64,000 nt of DNA from Clostridia bacterium (lineage in GTDB: Bacteria; Bacillota; Clostridia; TANB77; CAG-465), in assembly GCA_045536565.1 (NCBI GenBank), contig JAZSNU010000003.1:1-64000 (forward strand), written 5' to 3'. The notes under the pieces were generated by a model. It was not told where the DNA came from. It searched no databases and saw only the letters and a list, made by a program, of their open reading frames with translations. Numbering within the stretch: position 1 is the first letter of the stretch; every line of letters begins with the position of its first letter. The position numbers were made by a program, and so were the translations under genes. Below, piece by piece: positions 49,070 to 59,167 of the stretch.

Positions 49070-49411
49070 TCATTCATCTAAAATGATGCATTTATCATGT
49101 GGTACACTATACCATTTTCCGTTTTTAGAAAAATAAATCACATTGAAGTTTGTTGAGTCCATAGCCGTGGAATAGTGATTATGAATGAGTTCGATTGCTT
49201 GGAAAAAAACGACTTGGTTTGTATCAATGAACCTGCATCTTCTTTGAAGTAGTTCGTCATTCGAGTATGGTATAACCTGTGCAGAATCGATCCATTTTAA
49301 TTTATTATTGACAATTGTTAAAAAGAAAATTCTTCCAAACCTTGACTCTACTGAATAAACATCATAAATTGAATTATCATCCTTCTTGTCTATTCGCTTA
49401 ACTTTAAACAT
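49070..49411 (-). CDS. Small hypothetical protein, paralogue family member 3 (probably two tandem domains)
   Basis: MFKVKR......IYDVYSV.......FL...NN.L.WIDS...P, then a diverged second copy ending IYFSKNGKWYSV. Confidence 0.7.
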   Translation of the reverse strand: MFKVKRIDKKDDNSIYDVYSVESRFGRIFFLTIVNNKLKWIDSAQVIPYSNDELLQRRCRFIDTNQVVFFQAIELIHNHYSTAMDSTNFNVIYFSKNGKWYSVPHDKCIILDE

Positions 49412-49439
49412 AAAATTTCTCCTTTTGATATAAAATAAT

Positions 49440-49760
49440 CTAGTTTGTTTCGTTTGGTGAAATTATTTCATAGATATTTGCATATACCAAATTCCACATT
49501 TTATTTTCATATATCAAATATTTTGTGGGATCGAAACTTGTTTCTTGATGAACAGCGTAAACTTTATTTATGATTTTTTTATCATCTTTTTTGGTTATCT
49601 CGAATAATTCTTTACATTGTGGTTTGAAATTATTGGCATCGACCCAACAAAAAATTTTATCATTTTTATTGTATACCAAGAATAAAGGACAAGTGTGACT
49701 AGGTCTTATCTCATAAACAGTATAGATTTCTTTGTTATTGATTCGCTGAACAGTTAACAT
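49440..49760 (-). CDS. Small hypothetical protein, paralogue family member 4 (two tandem domains)
   Basis: IYTVYEI.......FLVY......F.WVDA..F.P and KVYAV........YLIYEN..W..V.A; ATG at 49760 after AAGGAG. Confidence 0.7.
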   Translation of the reverse strand: MLTVQRINNKEIYTVYEIRPSHTCPLFLVYNKNDKIFCWVDANNFKPQCKELFEITKKDDKKIINKVYAVHQETSFDPTKYLIYENKMWNLVYANIYEIISPNETN

Positions 49761-49768
49761 TTTATTTT

Positions 49769-49792
49769 CTCCTTTCAAAATTATTTTTTAGA
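49769..49792. repeat. 24-bp leader repeat, copy 2
   Basis: ctcctttcaaaattattttttaga; 22/24 identical to 48145-48168. Confidence 0.7.
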
Positions 49793-49814
49793 CTAAATGT
49801 TCAAATTTAGCTAT

Positions 49815-49843
49815 ATTATATCATATGTTTAGATAATTGTAAA
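49815..49843 (-). promoter_or_regulatory. Sigma-A promoter of mini-gene block B
   Basis: Minus strand TTTACA-17 nt-TATAAT with extended -10 TG. Confidence 0.65.
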
Positions 49844-49905
49844 TGACAAATGTTACAAAAATATTACAAAGTATAAAAATATGCTAATTTTTTGGGCAAA
49901 AACAC

Positions 49906-49934
49906 TTGATTTTTTACTTTTTATAGTTTATAAT
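49906..49934 (+). promoter_or_regulatory. Promoter of the S10 ribosomal protein operon
   Basis: TTGATT-17 nt-TATAAT. Confidence 0.75.
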
Positions 49935-49940
49935 ATGAGT

Positions 49941-50150
49941 ATTGATTTGCGTAGAAGTGGGATGTGGCTATCCTGAGAGATAGGGAACTTCCATGGAGCA
50001 TGTCTGATTTAAAATCGGGCGGCAAGTATATAATTTGTATTTGCCAAATTTAAAAACTGTTATTTAGATTTGGCTTTCTTTACGGATTAGTTACGAAACA
50101 CACGGGGTAGTGTAAAACTTGCGAGTCCTTGAAATCATAGTAAAGGAGAG
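49941..50150 (+). promoter_or_regulatory. Structured 5' leader of rpsJ (candidate ribosomal-protein leader)
   Basis: About 210-nt GC-enriched UTR with hairpins ctatc/gatag, ctgattt/aaatcgg, ggcaagtata/tgtatttgcc and gccaaattt/agatttggc. Confidence 0.55.
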
Positions 50151-50156
50151 ATAAAA

Positions 50157-50474
50157 ATGGCAAAAACAAATGTATCTAAAATGAGAATAAGATTAAAAGC
50201 TTATGATCACGTAGTGCTAGAGCAAACAGCATCTAAGATAGTTGACGTGGCTAAAAATTCTGGAGCAGCAGTTTCTGGTCCAATTCCACTACCAACTAAA
50301 AAGGAAATCATAACAATCTTACGTAGTCCTCACAAACACAAAGATTCAAGAGAACAATTTGAAATGAGAACTCACAAAAGAGTTATCGATGTTGTAGCAC
50401 CAAACCAAGCAACAGTTGATGCGTTAATGGCAATAGATATGCCAGCTGGTGTTGAAATCGAAGTTAAACTTTAA
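50157..50474 (+). CDS. rpsJ: 30S ribosomal protein S10
   Basis: [28 protein letters not shown]. Confidence 0.98.
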   Translation: MAKTNVSKMRIRLKAYDHVVLEQTASKIVDVAKNSGAAVSGPIPLPTKKEIITILRSPHKHKDSREQFEMRTHKRVIDVVAPNQATVDALMAIDMPAGVEIEVKL

Positions 50475-50584
50475 TAATATTTAGTAGTCATCCTGAATAG
50501 TTCAGGCAAGTGACATACCCTATACTAAATATGGCATAAAAGAATAACTTAAAAGTTTAGAGTATTTAAAAGGGAGGAAAAAAC

Positions 50585-51214
50585 ATGAAAGAGATTTACG
50601 GTAAAAAATTAGGAATGACTCAAATCTTTGATCAAGATGGTGTAGCTATTCCAGTAACTGTAATCGAAGTTGAACCTATGACAGTTGTAGCTAAAAAAAC
50701 AGTTGAAAAAGAAGGTTACAATGCAATAGTAGTAAGCTTTGGAGAAATCAAAGAAAAGAATGTAAATAAACCACAAAAAGGAATATTTGCAAAAGCAGGA
50801 GTACCTGTAAAAAGAAATCTAAAAGAAATTAAATTAGATAACGTTGATGAATACGAAATAGGTGCAGAAATTGACCTAACAGTATTTGAAGATGGTGACA
50901 TGGTTGATGTTAGAGGTGTTTCAAAAGGTAAAGGATTCCAAGGAAACATTAAAAGACATGGTCAACATAGAGGACCTTCATCACATGGTTCTAACTATCA
51001 TAGAAGACCAGGTTCTATGGGAGCAACTTCTACTCCAGGTAGAGTATTTAAAGGTAAAAAACTTCCAGGACATATGGGTAACGTAAACAGAGCAGTGCTT
51101 AACTTAAAAGTAGTTAAAGTAGATACTGACAAAAAAGCAATTTTAGTTAAAGGTTCAGTACCTGGTGCTAAAGGAGCAACATTAAATATTAAGAAAAGTG
51201 TAAAATCAAACTAA
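50585..51214 (+). CDS. rplC: 50S ribosomal protein L3
   Basis: [31 protein letters not shown]. Confidence 0.98.
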   Translation: MKEIYGKKLGMTQIFDQDGVAIPVTVIEVEPMTVVAKKTVEKEGYNAIVVSFGEIKEKNVNKPQKGIFAKAGVPVKRNLKEIKLDNVDEYEIGAEIDLTVFEDGDMVDVRGVSKGKGFQGNIKRHGQHRGPSSHGSNYHRRPGSMGATSTPGRVFKGKKLPGHMGNVNRAVLNLKVVKVDTDKKAILVKGSVPGAKGATLNIKKSVKSN

Positions 51215-51232
51215 TAGGGAGGAGGAAATATA

Positions 51233-51853
51233 ATGCTTAAAACAGACGTATTAGATATGAAGGGTAAAAAAGTATCAGACATCGAACTAAGTGATGCAGT
51301 TTTTGGTGTAGAAGTAAATGAAATTGCAGTTCATGAAGCATTAGTTAATTTCTTAGCTAATCAAAGACAAGGAACTCAAAGCACAAAAACAAGAGCAGAA
51401 GTTCGTGGTGGTGGTAAAAAACCATGGAGACAAAAAGGAACTGGTAGAGCAAGACAAGGAAGCATAAGAGCTCCACAATGGATAAAAGGTGGTATCGCAC
51501 TTGGACCAAAACCAAGATCATACAGATACTCAATTCCAAAGAAAGTAAGAATGCTTGCTATAAAATCAATACTTACTTCAAAATTATCTGAAGGTAATTT
51601 AGTAGTAGTAGATAAAATAGAATTAAAAGAAATTAAAACAGCGGCTATGGTAAAAGCGCTTAAAGCTTTAAAAGCTGAAAAAGCTTTAGTAATGTTAAAT
51701 GAAAAGAACTTAAATGTTCAAGCATCTAGCAGAAACATAGAAAACGTTAAAACTACATTAGTAAATACAATAAATGTTTATGATTTATTAAAATACGAAA
51801 AATTAGTTATTGACGTTCAAGCTGTAAAGAGCCTAGAGGAGGTGTACGCATAA
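51233..51853 (+). CDS. rplD: 50S ribosomal protein L4
   Basis: [31 protein letters not shown]. Confidence 0.98.
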   Translation: MLKTDVLDMKGKKVSDIELSDAVFGVEVNEIAVHEALVNFLANQRQGTQSTKTRAEVRGGGKKPWRQKGTGRARQGSIRAPQWIKGGIALGPKPRSYRYSIPKKVRMLAIKSILTSKLSEGNLVVVDKIELKEIKTAAMVKALKALKAEKALVMLNEKNLNVQASSRNIENVKTTLVNTINVYDLLKYEKLVIDVQAVKSLEEVYA

Positions 51854-51854
51854 G

Positions 51855-52214
51855 ATGAAATACGCAGAAGATATAATCGTAAGACCAATAATAACTGAAA
51901 AAAGTTATGAAGCAATGGCAGATGGTAAATATACTTTTGAAGTAGCAGTAAACGCTACTAAGTTAGAAATAAAAAATGCAGTTGAAAAATTATTTTCTGT
52001 TAAAGTTAAAAAAGTTAACACTCTTAGATACGATGGTAAAATGAAAAGAGTTGGAGCACACCTAGGAAAAACAAAAGCTTGGAAAAAAGCAATAGTACAA
52101 ATTGATACTAACCCATCTGAAGAAAAATATATGACTAAAGGTGGAAAAGTAGTAACAAGTAATAAAAAATATAAAACAGAAATAGAAGAAATCAGCTCAG
52201 CATTTGCTAAGTAG
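51855..52214 (+). CDS. rplW: 50S ribosomal protein L23 (with C-terminal insertion)
   Basis: P.ITEKS, YTFEV...ATK.EIK.AVE..F.VKV..VNT, WKKAIV. Confidence 0.96.
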   Translation: MKYAEDIIVRPIITEKSYEAMADGKYTFEVAVNATKLEIKNAVEKLFSVKVKKVNTLRYDGKMKRVGAHLGKTKAWKKAIVQIDTNPSEEKYMTKGGKVVTSNKKYKTEIEEISSAFAK

Positions 52215-52232
52215 TAAAAGGAGGAAATCAAA

Positions 52233-53066
52233 GTGGGAATAAAATCATTTAAACCAGTTACTCCATCTAGAAGACAAATGACAGTTTTAACTTATGATGA
52301 AATAACAAAACATGAACCAGAAAAAGCTTTACTTTCAAAAGTTAAGAAAAATGCTGGTAGAAACTCATCAGGAAGAATAACTGTTAGACATCAAGGTGGC
52401 GGTGCTAGAAGAAAATATAGAATAATTGATTTTAAAAGAAACAAAGTTGATATGGAAGCTACTGTAATTGGTATCGAATATGATCCAAACAGAAGTGCAA
52501 ATATTGCTTTAATAGAATATGAAGATAAAACAAGAGCATATATAATTGCTCCAATTGGTTTAACAGATGGTGATAAAGTTATATCTGCAGAAACAGCTGA
52601 TATAAAACCAGGTAACTGTATGCCAATAAAATCAATCCCTGTTGGTACAATGATACACAACATTGAAATGCACAAAGGTAAAGGTGCACAACTTGTAAGA
52701 AGTGCAGGAGATGCAGCACAACTTATGGCAAAAGAAGGAAAATACGCACATGTAAGAATGCCTTCTGGCGAAATGAGATTAATACCTGTTGATTGTAAAG
52801 CAACAATCGGAACAGTAGGAAACACTGATCACTCAAATGTTGTTTTAGGTAAAGCAGGAAGAACAAGACATATGGGAATAAGACCTACTGTAAGAGGTAG
52901 CGTAATGAACCCTTGCGATCACCCTCATGGTGGTGGTGAAGGTAAAGCACCAGTAGGAAGACCAGGACCAGTTACTCCTTGGGGTAAACCAGCACTTGGT
53001 TATAAAACGCGTAAGAAAAACCATAGAACAGATAAATATATCGTTAAGAGAAGAAATAGTAAATAA
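52233..53066 (+). CDS. rplB: 50S ribosomal protein L2
   Basis: [29 protein letters not shown]. Confidence 0.98.
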   Translation: MGIKSFKPVTPSRRQMTVLTYDEITKHEPEKALLSKVKKNAGRNSSGRITVRHQGGGARRKYRIIDFKRNKVDMEATVIGIEYDPNRSANIALIEYEDKTRAYIIAPIGLTDGDKVISAETADIKPGNCMPIKSIPVGTMIHNIEMHKGKGAQLVRSAGDAAQLMAKEGKYAHVRMPSGEMRLIPVDCKATIGTVGNTDHSNVVLGKAGRTRHMGIRPTVRGSVMNPCDHPHGGGEGKAPVGRPGPVTPWGKPALGYKTRKKNHRTDKYIVKRRNSK

Positions 53067-53086
53067 TAGATTGGGAGGTAAAGTCT

Positions 53087-53368
53087 ATGTCAAGATCGCT
53101 TAAAAAAGGACCTTATGTTGACGCTAAGTTACTTGCAAGAATCGAAAAAATGAACGAAGAAGATAAAAAAGTAGCTTTAAAAACATGGTCAAGATCTTCT
53201 ACAATTTATCCTCAAATGATTGGTCACACAATCGCAGTACATGATGGAAGAAAACATGTTCCAGTATATGTAACTGAGGAAATGGTAGGACACAAATTAG
53301 GAGAATTTGCTCCAACAAGATTTTTCAGAGGTCATGCGGGAGATAAAAAAAGCAAATTAAAGAAATAA
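53087..53368 (+). CDS. rpsS: 30S ribosomal protein S19
   Basis: [26 protein letters not shown]. Confidence 0.98.
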   Translation: MSRSLKKGPYVDAKLLARIEKMNEEDKKVALKTWSRSSTIYPQMIGHTIAVHDGRKHVPVYVTEEMVGHKLGEFAPTRFFRGHAGDKKSKLKK

Positions 53369-53393
53369 GAAATTAAGTAAGGAGGAGCCTTAA

Positions 53394-53729
53394 ATGGAAG
53401 CAAGAGCAGAACTTAAATATGCTAGAATAAGTAGCAGAAAAGTTAAGATAGTAATTGACCTTATAAAAGGTAAACCTGCTAAAGAAGCAGCTACAATATT
53501 AAAATATACTAATAAAGCTGCAGCACCAATAGTAGGAAAATTATTAAAATCAGCTATTGCAAATGCAACAAACAACCATAACATGGATGAAACTAAATTA
53601 GTTGTTGCAGAAGCATATGCTAATCAAGGACCTACATTAAAGAGAATTATGCCAAGAGCTCAAGGTAGAGCTTATCAAATAAGAAAAAGAACTAGCCATA
53701 TAACAATCGTATTAAAAGAGGCTAACTAA
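53394..53729 (+). CDS. rplV: 50S ribosomal protein L22
   Basis: [26 protein letters not shown]. Confidence 0.98.
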   Translation: MEARAELKYARISSRKVKIVIDLIKGKPAKEAATILKYTNKAAAPIVGKLLKSAIANATNNHNMDETKLVVAEAYANQGPTLKRIMPRAQGRAYQIRKRTSHITIVLKEAN

Positions 53730-53747
53730 TAAAAGGAGGAACTATTT

Positions 53748-54404
53748 ATGGGTCAAAAAGTAAGTCCACATGGTTTAAGAGTTGGAATTATAAAAGATTG
53801 GTCTTCTAAATGGTATGCAAACAAACAAGATTTTGCAGACAACTTAGTAGAAGATAACAAAATCCGTGTATACTTAAAGAAACTTTTAAAGCCAGCTGGA
53901 ATATCTCAAATAGATATTGAAAGAAAAAATGAAGAAGTAAAAGTTAATCTATACACAGCAAAACCTGGAATGATAATCGGAAAAGGTGGAGCAGCAATAG
54001 AAGAATTAAAAACTAAATTAGACAAAATGACAGGTAAAAACGTATCAATAAATATAGTAGAAATCAAAAACATTGATATGGACGCTACACTTGTTGCAGA
54101 AAACATAGCATTACAACTTGAAAAGAGAATATCTTTCAGAAGAGCTATGAAACAATGCATGTCAAGAACAATGAAAGCAGGAGCTTTAGGTATTAAAACT
54201 CAAGTTTCTGGAAGACTTGGCGGTGCTGAAATCGCAAGAAGCGAACATTATAGTGAAGGAACAATTCCTCTTCAAACTTTAAGAGCAGATATTGATTATG
54301 GATTTGCGGAAGCAAAAACAACATATGGAATAATCGGTGTTAAAGTTTGGATATACAAAGGTGAAGTTTTACCTGCTAAAAAAGAAGTAAAAGGAGGTAA
54401 ATAA
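53748..54404 (+). CDS. rpsC: 30S ribosomal protein S3
   Basis: [32 protein letters not shown]. Confidence 0.98.
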   Translation: MGQKVSPHGLRVGIIKDWSSKWYANKQDFADNLVEDNKIRVYLKKLLKPAGISQIDIERKNEEVKVNLYTAKPGMIIGKGGAAIEELKTKLDKMTGKNVSINIVEIKNIDMDATLVAENIALQLEKRISFRRAMKQCMSRTMKAGALGIKTQVSGRLGGAEIARSEHYSEGTIPLQTLRADIDYGFAEAKTTYGIIGVKVWIYKGEVLPAKKEVKGGK

Positions 54405-54406
54405 TC

Positions 54407-54838
54407 ATGTTATCACCAAAAAGAGTAAAACATAGAAAAGTTCAAAAGGGAGTTGGAAAAGGAAAAGCTACTCGTGGAACTAAATTAGCATTTGGAGATT
54501 ATGGTATTCAAGCATTAGAACCAGCATGGATAACAGCTAACCAAATCGAATCAGCCAGAATAACACTTTCAAGATATACTAAAAAAGTTGGTAAAACATA
54601 CATCAAGATTTTCCCAGATAAACCAATAACTAAGAAAGCTGCTGAAACTCGTATGGGATCTGGTAAAGGTAACCCAGAATACTTCGTAGCACCAGTTAAA
54701 GCTGGAAGAATATTATTCGAAGTAGCAGGTCTTCCAGAAGCAGATGCTAGAGAAGCGTTAAGAAAAGCTATTCACAAACTTCCTATTAGATGTAAAATAG
54801 TATCTAAAGAAGACGTGGGAGGTATAGCTCATGAATAA
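54407..54838 (+). CDS. rplP: 50S ribosomal protein L16
   Basis: [24 protein letters not shown]. Confidence 0.98.
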   Translation: MLSPKRVKHRKVQKGVGKGKATRGTKLAFGDYGIQALEPAWITANQIESARITLSRYTKKVGKTYIKIFPDKPITKKAAETRMGSGKGNPEYFVAPVKAGRILFEVAGLPEADAREALRKAIHKLPIRCKIVSKEDVGGIAHE

Positions 54839-55037
54839 AAATATGGAAAAATACAATAAAATGAGTAAAGAAGATTTACTAAAAGAATTAAAAGAATTAA
54901 AACAAGAGTTGTTCAAATTAAGATTTGGTCTTGCAATGAATGGATTAGACAACCCAAATAAAATAAAGGAAACTAAGAAAAACATAGCAAGAGTAAATAC
55001 AGTATTAACAACATTAGAAAAAGGAAGTAAAGAATAG
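54831..55037 (+). CDS. rpmC: 50S ribosomal protein L29
   Basis: LK.ELF.LRF......L.NP..I...KK.IAR..T; operon position. Confidence 0.95.
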   Translation: MNKNMEKYNKMSKEDLLKELKELKQELFKLRFGLAMNGLDNPNKIKETKKNIARVNTVLTTLEKGSKE

Positions 55038-55049
55038 GAGGTAAGTTTA

Positions 55050-55304
55050 GTGGAAAGAAATGCTAGAAAAACAAAAATTGGTAAAGTAGTATCAAATAAA
55101 ATGGATAAGACAATAGTTGTAAGAATAGACACTAAGTTTAAACATCCGCTTTATAACAAAATTCAAAATGAGACATTAAAAATAAAAGCTCATGATGAAA
55201 ATAACGAATGTGGCATCGGTGATATTGTAGAAGTAATGGAAACAAGACCACTTAGCCGTGATAAAAGATATAGACTTGTTAGAATAGTTGAAAAGGCTAA
55301 GTAA
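55050..55304 (+). CDS. rpsQ: 30S ribosomal protein S17
   Basis: [29 protein letters not shown]. Confidence 0.98.
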   Translation: MERNARKTKIGKVVSNKMDKTIVVRIDTKFKHPLYNKIQNETLKIKAHDENNECGIGDIVEVMETRPLSRDKRYRLVRIVEKAK

Positions 55305-55327
55305 TAGAAAAGGAGGTAAAACGCGCT

Positions 55328-55696
55328 ATGATACAACAACAATCATTATTAAAGGTAGCTGATAATACTGGGGCAAAAGAATTAATGTGTATTAGAGTTT
55401 TAGGTGGACACCACAGAAAATGGGGTAACATCGGAGACGTAGTAGTGGCTTCAGTTAAAAAAGCAATACCAGGAGGCGTTGTAAAAAAAGGTGACGTAGT
55501 TAAAGCTGTTATAGTAAGATCTAAAAGAGGTCTTAGAAGAGAAGACGGATCATATATCAGATTCGACGAAAATGCAGCAGTTATAATAAAAGATGACAAG
55601 ACTCCAAGAGGTACACGTATCTTTGGGCCTGTTGCAAGAGAATTAAGAGATGATGATTACATGAAAATCATATCTCTAGCACCAGAAGTACTATAA
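55328..55696 (+). CDS. rplN: 50S ribosomal protein L14
   Basis: MIQ....[26 protein letters not shown]. Confidence 0.98.
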   Translation: MIQQQSLLKVADNTGAKELMCIRVLGGHHRKWGNIGDVVVASVKKAIPGGVVKKGDVVKAVIVRSKRGLRREDGSYIRFDENAAVIIKDDKTPRGTRIFGPVARELRDDDYMKIISLAPEVL

Positions 55697-55713
55697 TATG
55701 GAGGTGACGAAAG

Positions 55714-56055
55714 GTGAAGAAAAACGTAGTTAACACATCAAAAGTAAAATTAAGAGTTGGAGACACTGTAATACTTGATGTTAAAAATAAAGAAGAAAGA
55801 AAAAAAGGTAAAGTGCTTTCAGTTTTAAGAAAAGAAAACAAAGTTCTTGTTGAAGGTATAAACGTAAGAACAAGACATGTTAAACCAAGAAGACAAGGCG
55901 AAGAATCTGGAATTATAAAAAGAGAAGCACCTGTAAACATATCAAAAGTTAGCTATTTTTGTCCAAAATGTGAAAGAGGAGCAAAATTAGGAATTAAGAT
56001 TGTTGACGGAAAAAGAATAAGATTTTGCAGAAAATGTAAAGAAGAAATAAAATAA
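55714..56055 (+). CDS. rplX: 50S ribosomal protein L24
   Basis: GD.V, GKVL, VLVEGIN...RH.KP, EAP...S.V; carries a CxxC...CxxC motif. Confidence 0.95.
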   Translation: MKKNVVNTSKVKLRVGDTVILDVKNKEERKKGKVLSVLRKENKVLVEGINVRTRHVKPRRQGEESGIIKREAPVNISKVSYFCPKCERGAKLGIKIVDGKRIRFCRKCKEEIK

Positions 56056-56078
56056 GTTAGTAAGGGGGGAAAACCTAA

Positions 56079-56618
56079 ATGAATCTTCAAGAAAGATACA
56101 AAAAAGAAGTTGTACCTGCATTAAAAGAAAAATTTGGATACAAATCAATAATGCAAGTGCCAAAATTAGAAAAAATAGTTATCAACATGGGAGTATCTGA
56201 TGTAAAAGAAAGCTCTAAAGCATTAGAAATTGCTATGAGAGATTTAGAAACTATATCAGGTCAAAAACCAGTTGCAACTAGAGCTAAAAAATCAATAGCT
56301 GCATTTAAATTAAGAGAAGGAATGAATATCGGTTGTAAAGTAACTTTAAGAAGTGAAAAAATGTATGAATTCGCTACAAGATTATTCAACGTTGCACTTC
56401 CAAGAGTTAGAGATTTCAAAGGCGTATCTCCAAAATCATTTGATGGAAGAGGAAACTATGCTTTAGGAATTAAAGAGCAAATGATATTCCCTGAAATAGA
56501 ATATGATAAAGTTGATAAAGCAAGAGGTATGGACGTTATATTCGTAACTACTGCTAAAAGTAACGAAGAGGCTATGGCATTACTTGAAATGCTTGGATTG
56601 CCTTTCGCAAAACACTAG
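56079..56618 (+). CDS. rplE: 50S ribosomal protein L5
   Basis: [42 protein letters not shown]. Confidence 0.98.
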   Translation: MNLQERYKKEVVPALKEKFGYKSIMQVPKLEKIVINMGVSDVKESSKALEIAMRDLETISGQKPVATRAKKSIAAFKLREGMNIGCKVTLRSEKMYEFATRLFNVALPRVRDFKGVSPKSFDGRGNYALGIKEQMIFPEIEYDKVDKARGMDVIFVTTAKSNEEAMALLEMLGLPFAKH

Positions 56619-56630
56619 GAGGTATTGAGC

Positions 56631-56816
56631 ATGGCAAAAAAATCAATGATTGCTAAGCAACAACGTGAACCAAAGTTCAGCACAAGATACTATAATAGAT
56701 GTAAATTATGTGGAAGACCACATTCATATATGAGAAAATATGGTATCTGTCGTCTTTGCTTTAGAAAATTAGCATATAACGGAGAAATACCAGGCGTTAA
56801 AAAAGCAAGCTGGTAA
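56631..56816 (+). CDS. rpsZ: 30S ribosomal protein S14, Zn-binding (type Z)
   Basis: 61 aa; RC..CGR......CR.CFR; PGV.KASW; ATG at 56631 after AGGAGG. Confidence 0.96.
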   Translation: MAKKSMIAKQQREPKFSTRYYNRCKLCGRPHSYMRKYGICRLCFRKLAYNGEIPGVKKASW

Positions 56817-56842
56817 TAATAAGGAAAAGGAGGTAACAGAGA

Positions 56843-57244
56843 ATGAACGTAAACGTAACAGACTCTATTGCAGATATGTTAACTAGAATAAGAAACGCTA
56901 ACAAACAAAAACATCAAACTGTTGATGTTCCTTATTCAAAAGTTAAAAATGAAATAGCAAAAATACTTCTAGAAGAAGGTTATGTTTCAAATTTTGAAGT
57001 AGCTGAAAATGGAAGTCATAAAACATTAAGAATAGAACTTAAATACGATTCAAACAAACCTGTAATTCAAGGTTTAAAAAGAATATCTAAACCAGGATTA
57101 AGAATATACGCAGAAGCACAAGAACTTCCAAGAGTATTAAATGGTTTAGGAATAGCAATTATTTCTACATCAAAAGGTATCATGACTGATAGAAAAGCAA
57201 GAAACCTTAACGTAGGTGGAGAAGTAATGGCATATGTATGGTAA
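56843..57244 (+). CDS. rpsH: 30S ribosomal protein S8
   Basis: [24 protein letters not shown]. Confidence 0.98.
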   Translation: MNVNVTDSIADMLTRIRNANKQKHQTVDVPYSKVKNEIAKILLEEGYVSNFEVAENGSHKTLRIELKYDSNKPVIQGLKRISKPGLRIYAEAQELPRVLNGLGIAIISTSKGIMTDRKARNLNVGGEVMAYVW

Positions 57245-57258
57245 GGAGGAAATGAAAA

Positions 57259-57795
57259 GTGTCTAGAATAGGAAAGAAACCAATCGAAGTTCCTCAAGGT
57301 GTTGAAGTAACAATTAATGGATCTGATATAACAGTTAAAGGTCCAAAAGGAACTTTATCAAGAACAATAGATAATCACATTACAGCAAGTTTAGAAAACA
57401 ACATTCTTACTGTAAACAGAGAATCTGATGATTACAAAGCACTTCATGGTCTTACTAGAACATTAATTTCTAATATGATAACAGGTGTAACAGCTGGTTA
57501 TGAAAAGAAATTAGAAATTGCTGGTGTTGGATATAGAGCAGCTAAACAAGGAAATAAATTAGTACTTACTTTAGGATTCTCTCATCCAGTAGAATTTGAA
57601 GATAGTGAAGATGTTAAAATCGAAGTACCAGACCAAACTACAATTCTTGTAAAAGGTATTGATAATCAAAAAGTTGGTCAAATGGCAGCTAATATAAGAG
57701 CTAAGAAACCACCTGAACCATATAAAGGTAAAGGTATAAAATACGCTGGTGAAAGAATAATCAGAAAAGAAGGTAAAGCTGGCGGTAAAAAATAA
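57259..57795 (+). CDS. rplF: 50S ribosomal protein L6
   Basis: [24 protein letters not shown]. Confidence 0.98.
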   Translation: MSRIGKKPIEVPQGVEVTINGSDITVKGPKGTLSRTIDNHITASLENNILTVNRESDDYKALHGLTRTLISNMITGVTAGYEKKLEIAGVGYRAAKQGNKLVLTLGFSHPVEFEDSEDVKIEVPDQTTILVKGIDNQKVGQMAANIRAKKPPEPYKGKGIKYAGERIIRKEGKAGGKK

Positions 57796-57825
57796 TAAAC
57801 CCAAAATGTAAAGGAGGGAAAAACT

Positions 57826-58185
57826 GTGATAAGTAAAAGAGATAAAACAGCTAAAAGAGTAGCTAGACAAAAAAGAGTAAGAGCTAAAGTTAAAGGTACA
57901 GAAGCAAGACCAAGACTTTGCGTATTCAGAAGTTTGAACAATATATATGCTCAAATTATCGATGATACAAAAGGTGTAACACTTGCAGAAGCATCTACTT
58001 TAGATAAAGAAGTAAATACAAAAGCTTCAAACATAGCAGCAGCAACAGAAGTTGGAACATTAATTGCTAAAAGAGCTATTGAGAAGAAAATAGATACTGT
58101 AGTATTCGATAGAAACGGATATTTATATCATGGTAAAGTAAAAGCCCTTGCAGAAGCTGCAAGAGAGGCAGGACTTAAATTCTAA
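57826..58185 (+). CDS. rplR: 50S ribosomal protein L18
   Basis: RPRL.VFRS...[26 protein letters not shown]. Confidence 0.98.
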   Translation: MISKRDKTAKRVARQKRVRAKVKGTEARPRLCVFRSLNNIYAQIIDDTKGVTLAEASTLDKEVNTKASNIAAATEVGTLIAKRAIEKKIDTVVFDRNGYLYHGKVKALAEAAREAGLKF

Positions 58186-58201
58186 GTAAAGGAGAAAAAG
58201 T

Positions 58202-58693
58202 ATGGTAGAATCAAAACAAGAATTCAAAGAAAAAGTTGTTTATGTAGGCCGTGTAGCAAAAGTTGTTAAAGGTGGAAGAACTTTTAGATTCAGCGTACTA
58301 GTAGTTGTTGGTGACGAAAAAGGTAGAGTTGGAGTAGGTTCTGGAAAAGCATCTGAAGTACCAGAAGCAATAAAGAAAGCTACAGAAGAAGCTAAAAGAA
58401 ATATCATAAATGTTCCAATCGTTAATGGCACATTACCACATGAATATACAACTAACTTTGGTTCATCAAAAGTAATAATTAAACCAGCTGTTGAAGGTAC
58501 AGGTGTTATCGCTGGTGGAGCAGTAAGACCAGTATTAGAACTTGCTGGAGTAAAAAATGTTACAGCTAAAACATTAGGTTCTCGTAATAGCAGAAACATA
58601 GTTCTAGCAACTATGAAAGCTTTAAAAGAAATGAGAACTCCAGAAGAAATAGCTAGACTTAGAGGAAAAACAGTAGCAGAATTATATAATTAA
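58202..58693 (+). CDS. rpsE: 30S ribosomal protein S5
   Basis: [12 protein letters not shown]...[19 protein letters not shown]. Confidence 0.98.
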   Translation: MVESKQEFKEKVVYVGRVAKVVKGGRTFRFSVLVVVGDEKGRVGVGSGKASEVPEAIKKATEEAKRNIINVPIVNGTLPHEYTTNFGSSKVIIKPAVEGTGVIAGGAVRPVLELAGVKNVTAKTLGSRNSRNIVLATMKALKEMRTPEEIARLRGKTVAELYN

Positions 58694-58725
58694 TAAGAAA
58701 TGTTTTAGAGAGGAGGAAAAACCAA

Positions 58726-59166
58726 ATGAAAATACACGAATTGGGACCTGGTGCAGGAGCAAAAACAACTGTTAAAAGAGTTGGTAGAGGTATTGGTTCT
58801 GGACTTGGTAAAACAGCAGGAAAAGGTCATAAAGGACAAAAAGCAAGAACTGGTGGAACAATCAGAAGAGGATTCGAAGGAGGACAAACTCCATTAATGA
58901 GAAGAATTCCTAAAAGAGGATTTAACAACATTTTTGCAAAAGAATATGCAACAATTAATGTTTCAGATTTAGAAAGATTTGAAGATGGAACAGTTGTAAA
59001 TATTGAATTATTATTAAACGAAGGAATAATAAGAAAAGAATTAGATGGCCTTAAAGTATTAGGAAATGGAAATTTAACTAAGAAATTAACAGTTGAGGCA
59101 ACTAAGTTCTCTGCATCAGCTATAGAAAAAATAGAAGCTGCAGGTGGAAAGACAGAGGTGAAGTAA
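58726..59166 (+). CDS. rplO: 50S ribosomal protein L15
   Basis: RVGRG.GSG.GKT.G.GHKGQ, FEGGQ.PL.RR.PKRGF. Confidence 0.98.
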   Translation: MKIHELGPGAGAKTTVKRVGRGIGSGLGKTAGKGHKGQKARTGGTIRRGFEGGQTPLMRRIPKRGFNNIFAKEYATINVSDLERFEDGTVVNIELLLNEGIIRKELDGLKVLGNGNLTKKLTVEATKFSASAIEKIEAAGGKTEVK

Positions 59167-59167
59167 T

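Noticed and set aside
55955-56040. CxxC...CxxC motif in L24
   Set aside because: Cys-containing L24 C-termini are common in Clostridia and not unusual.
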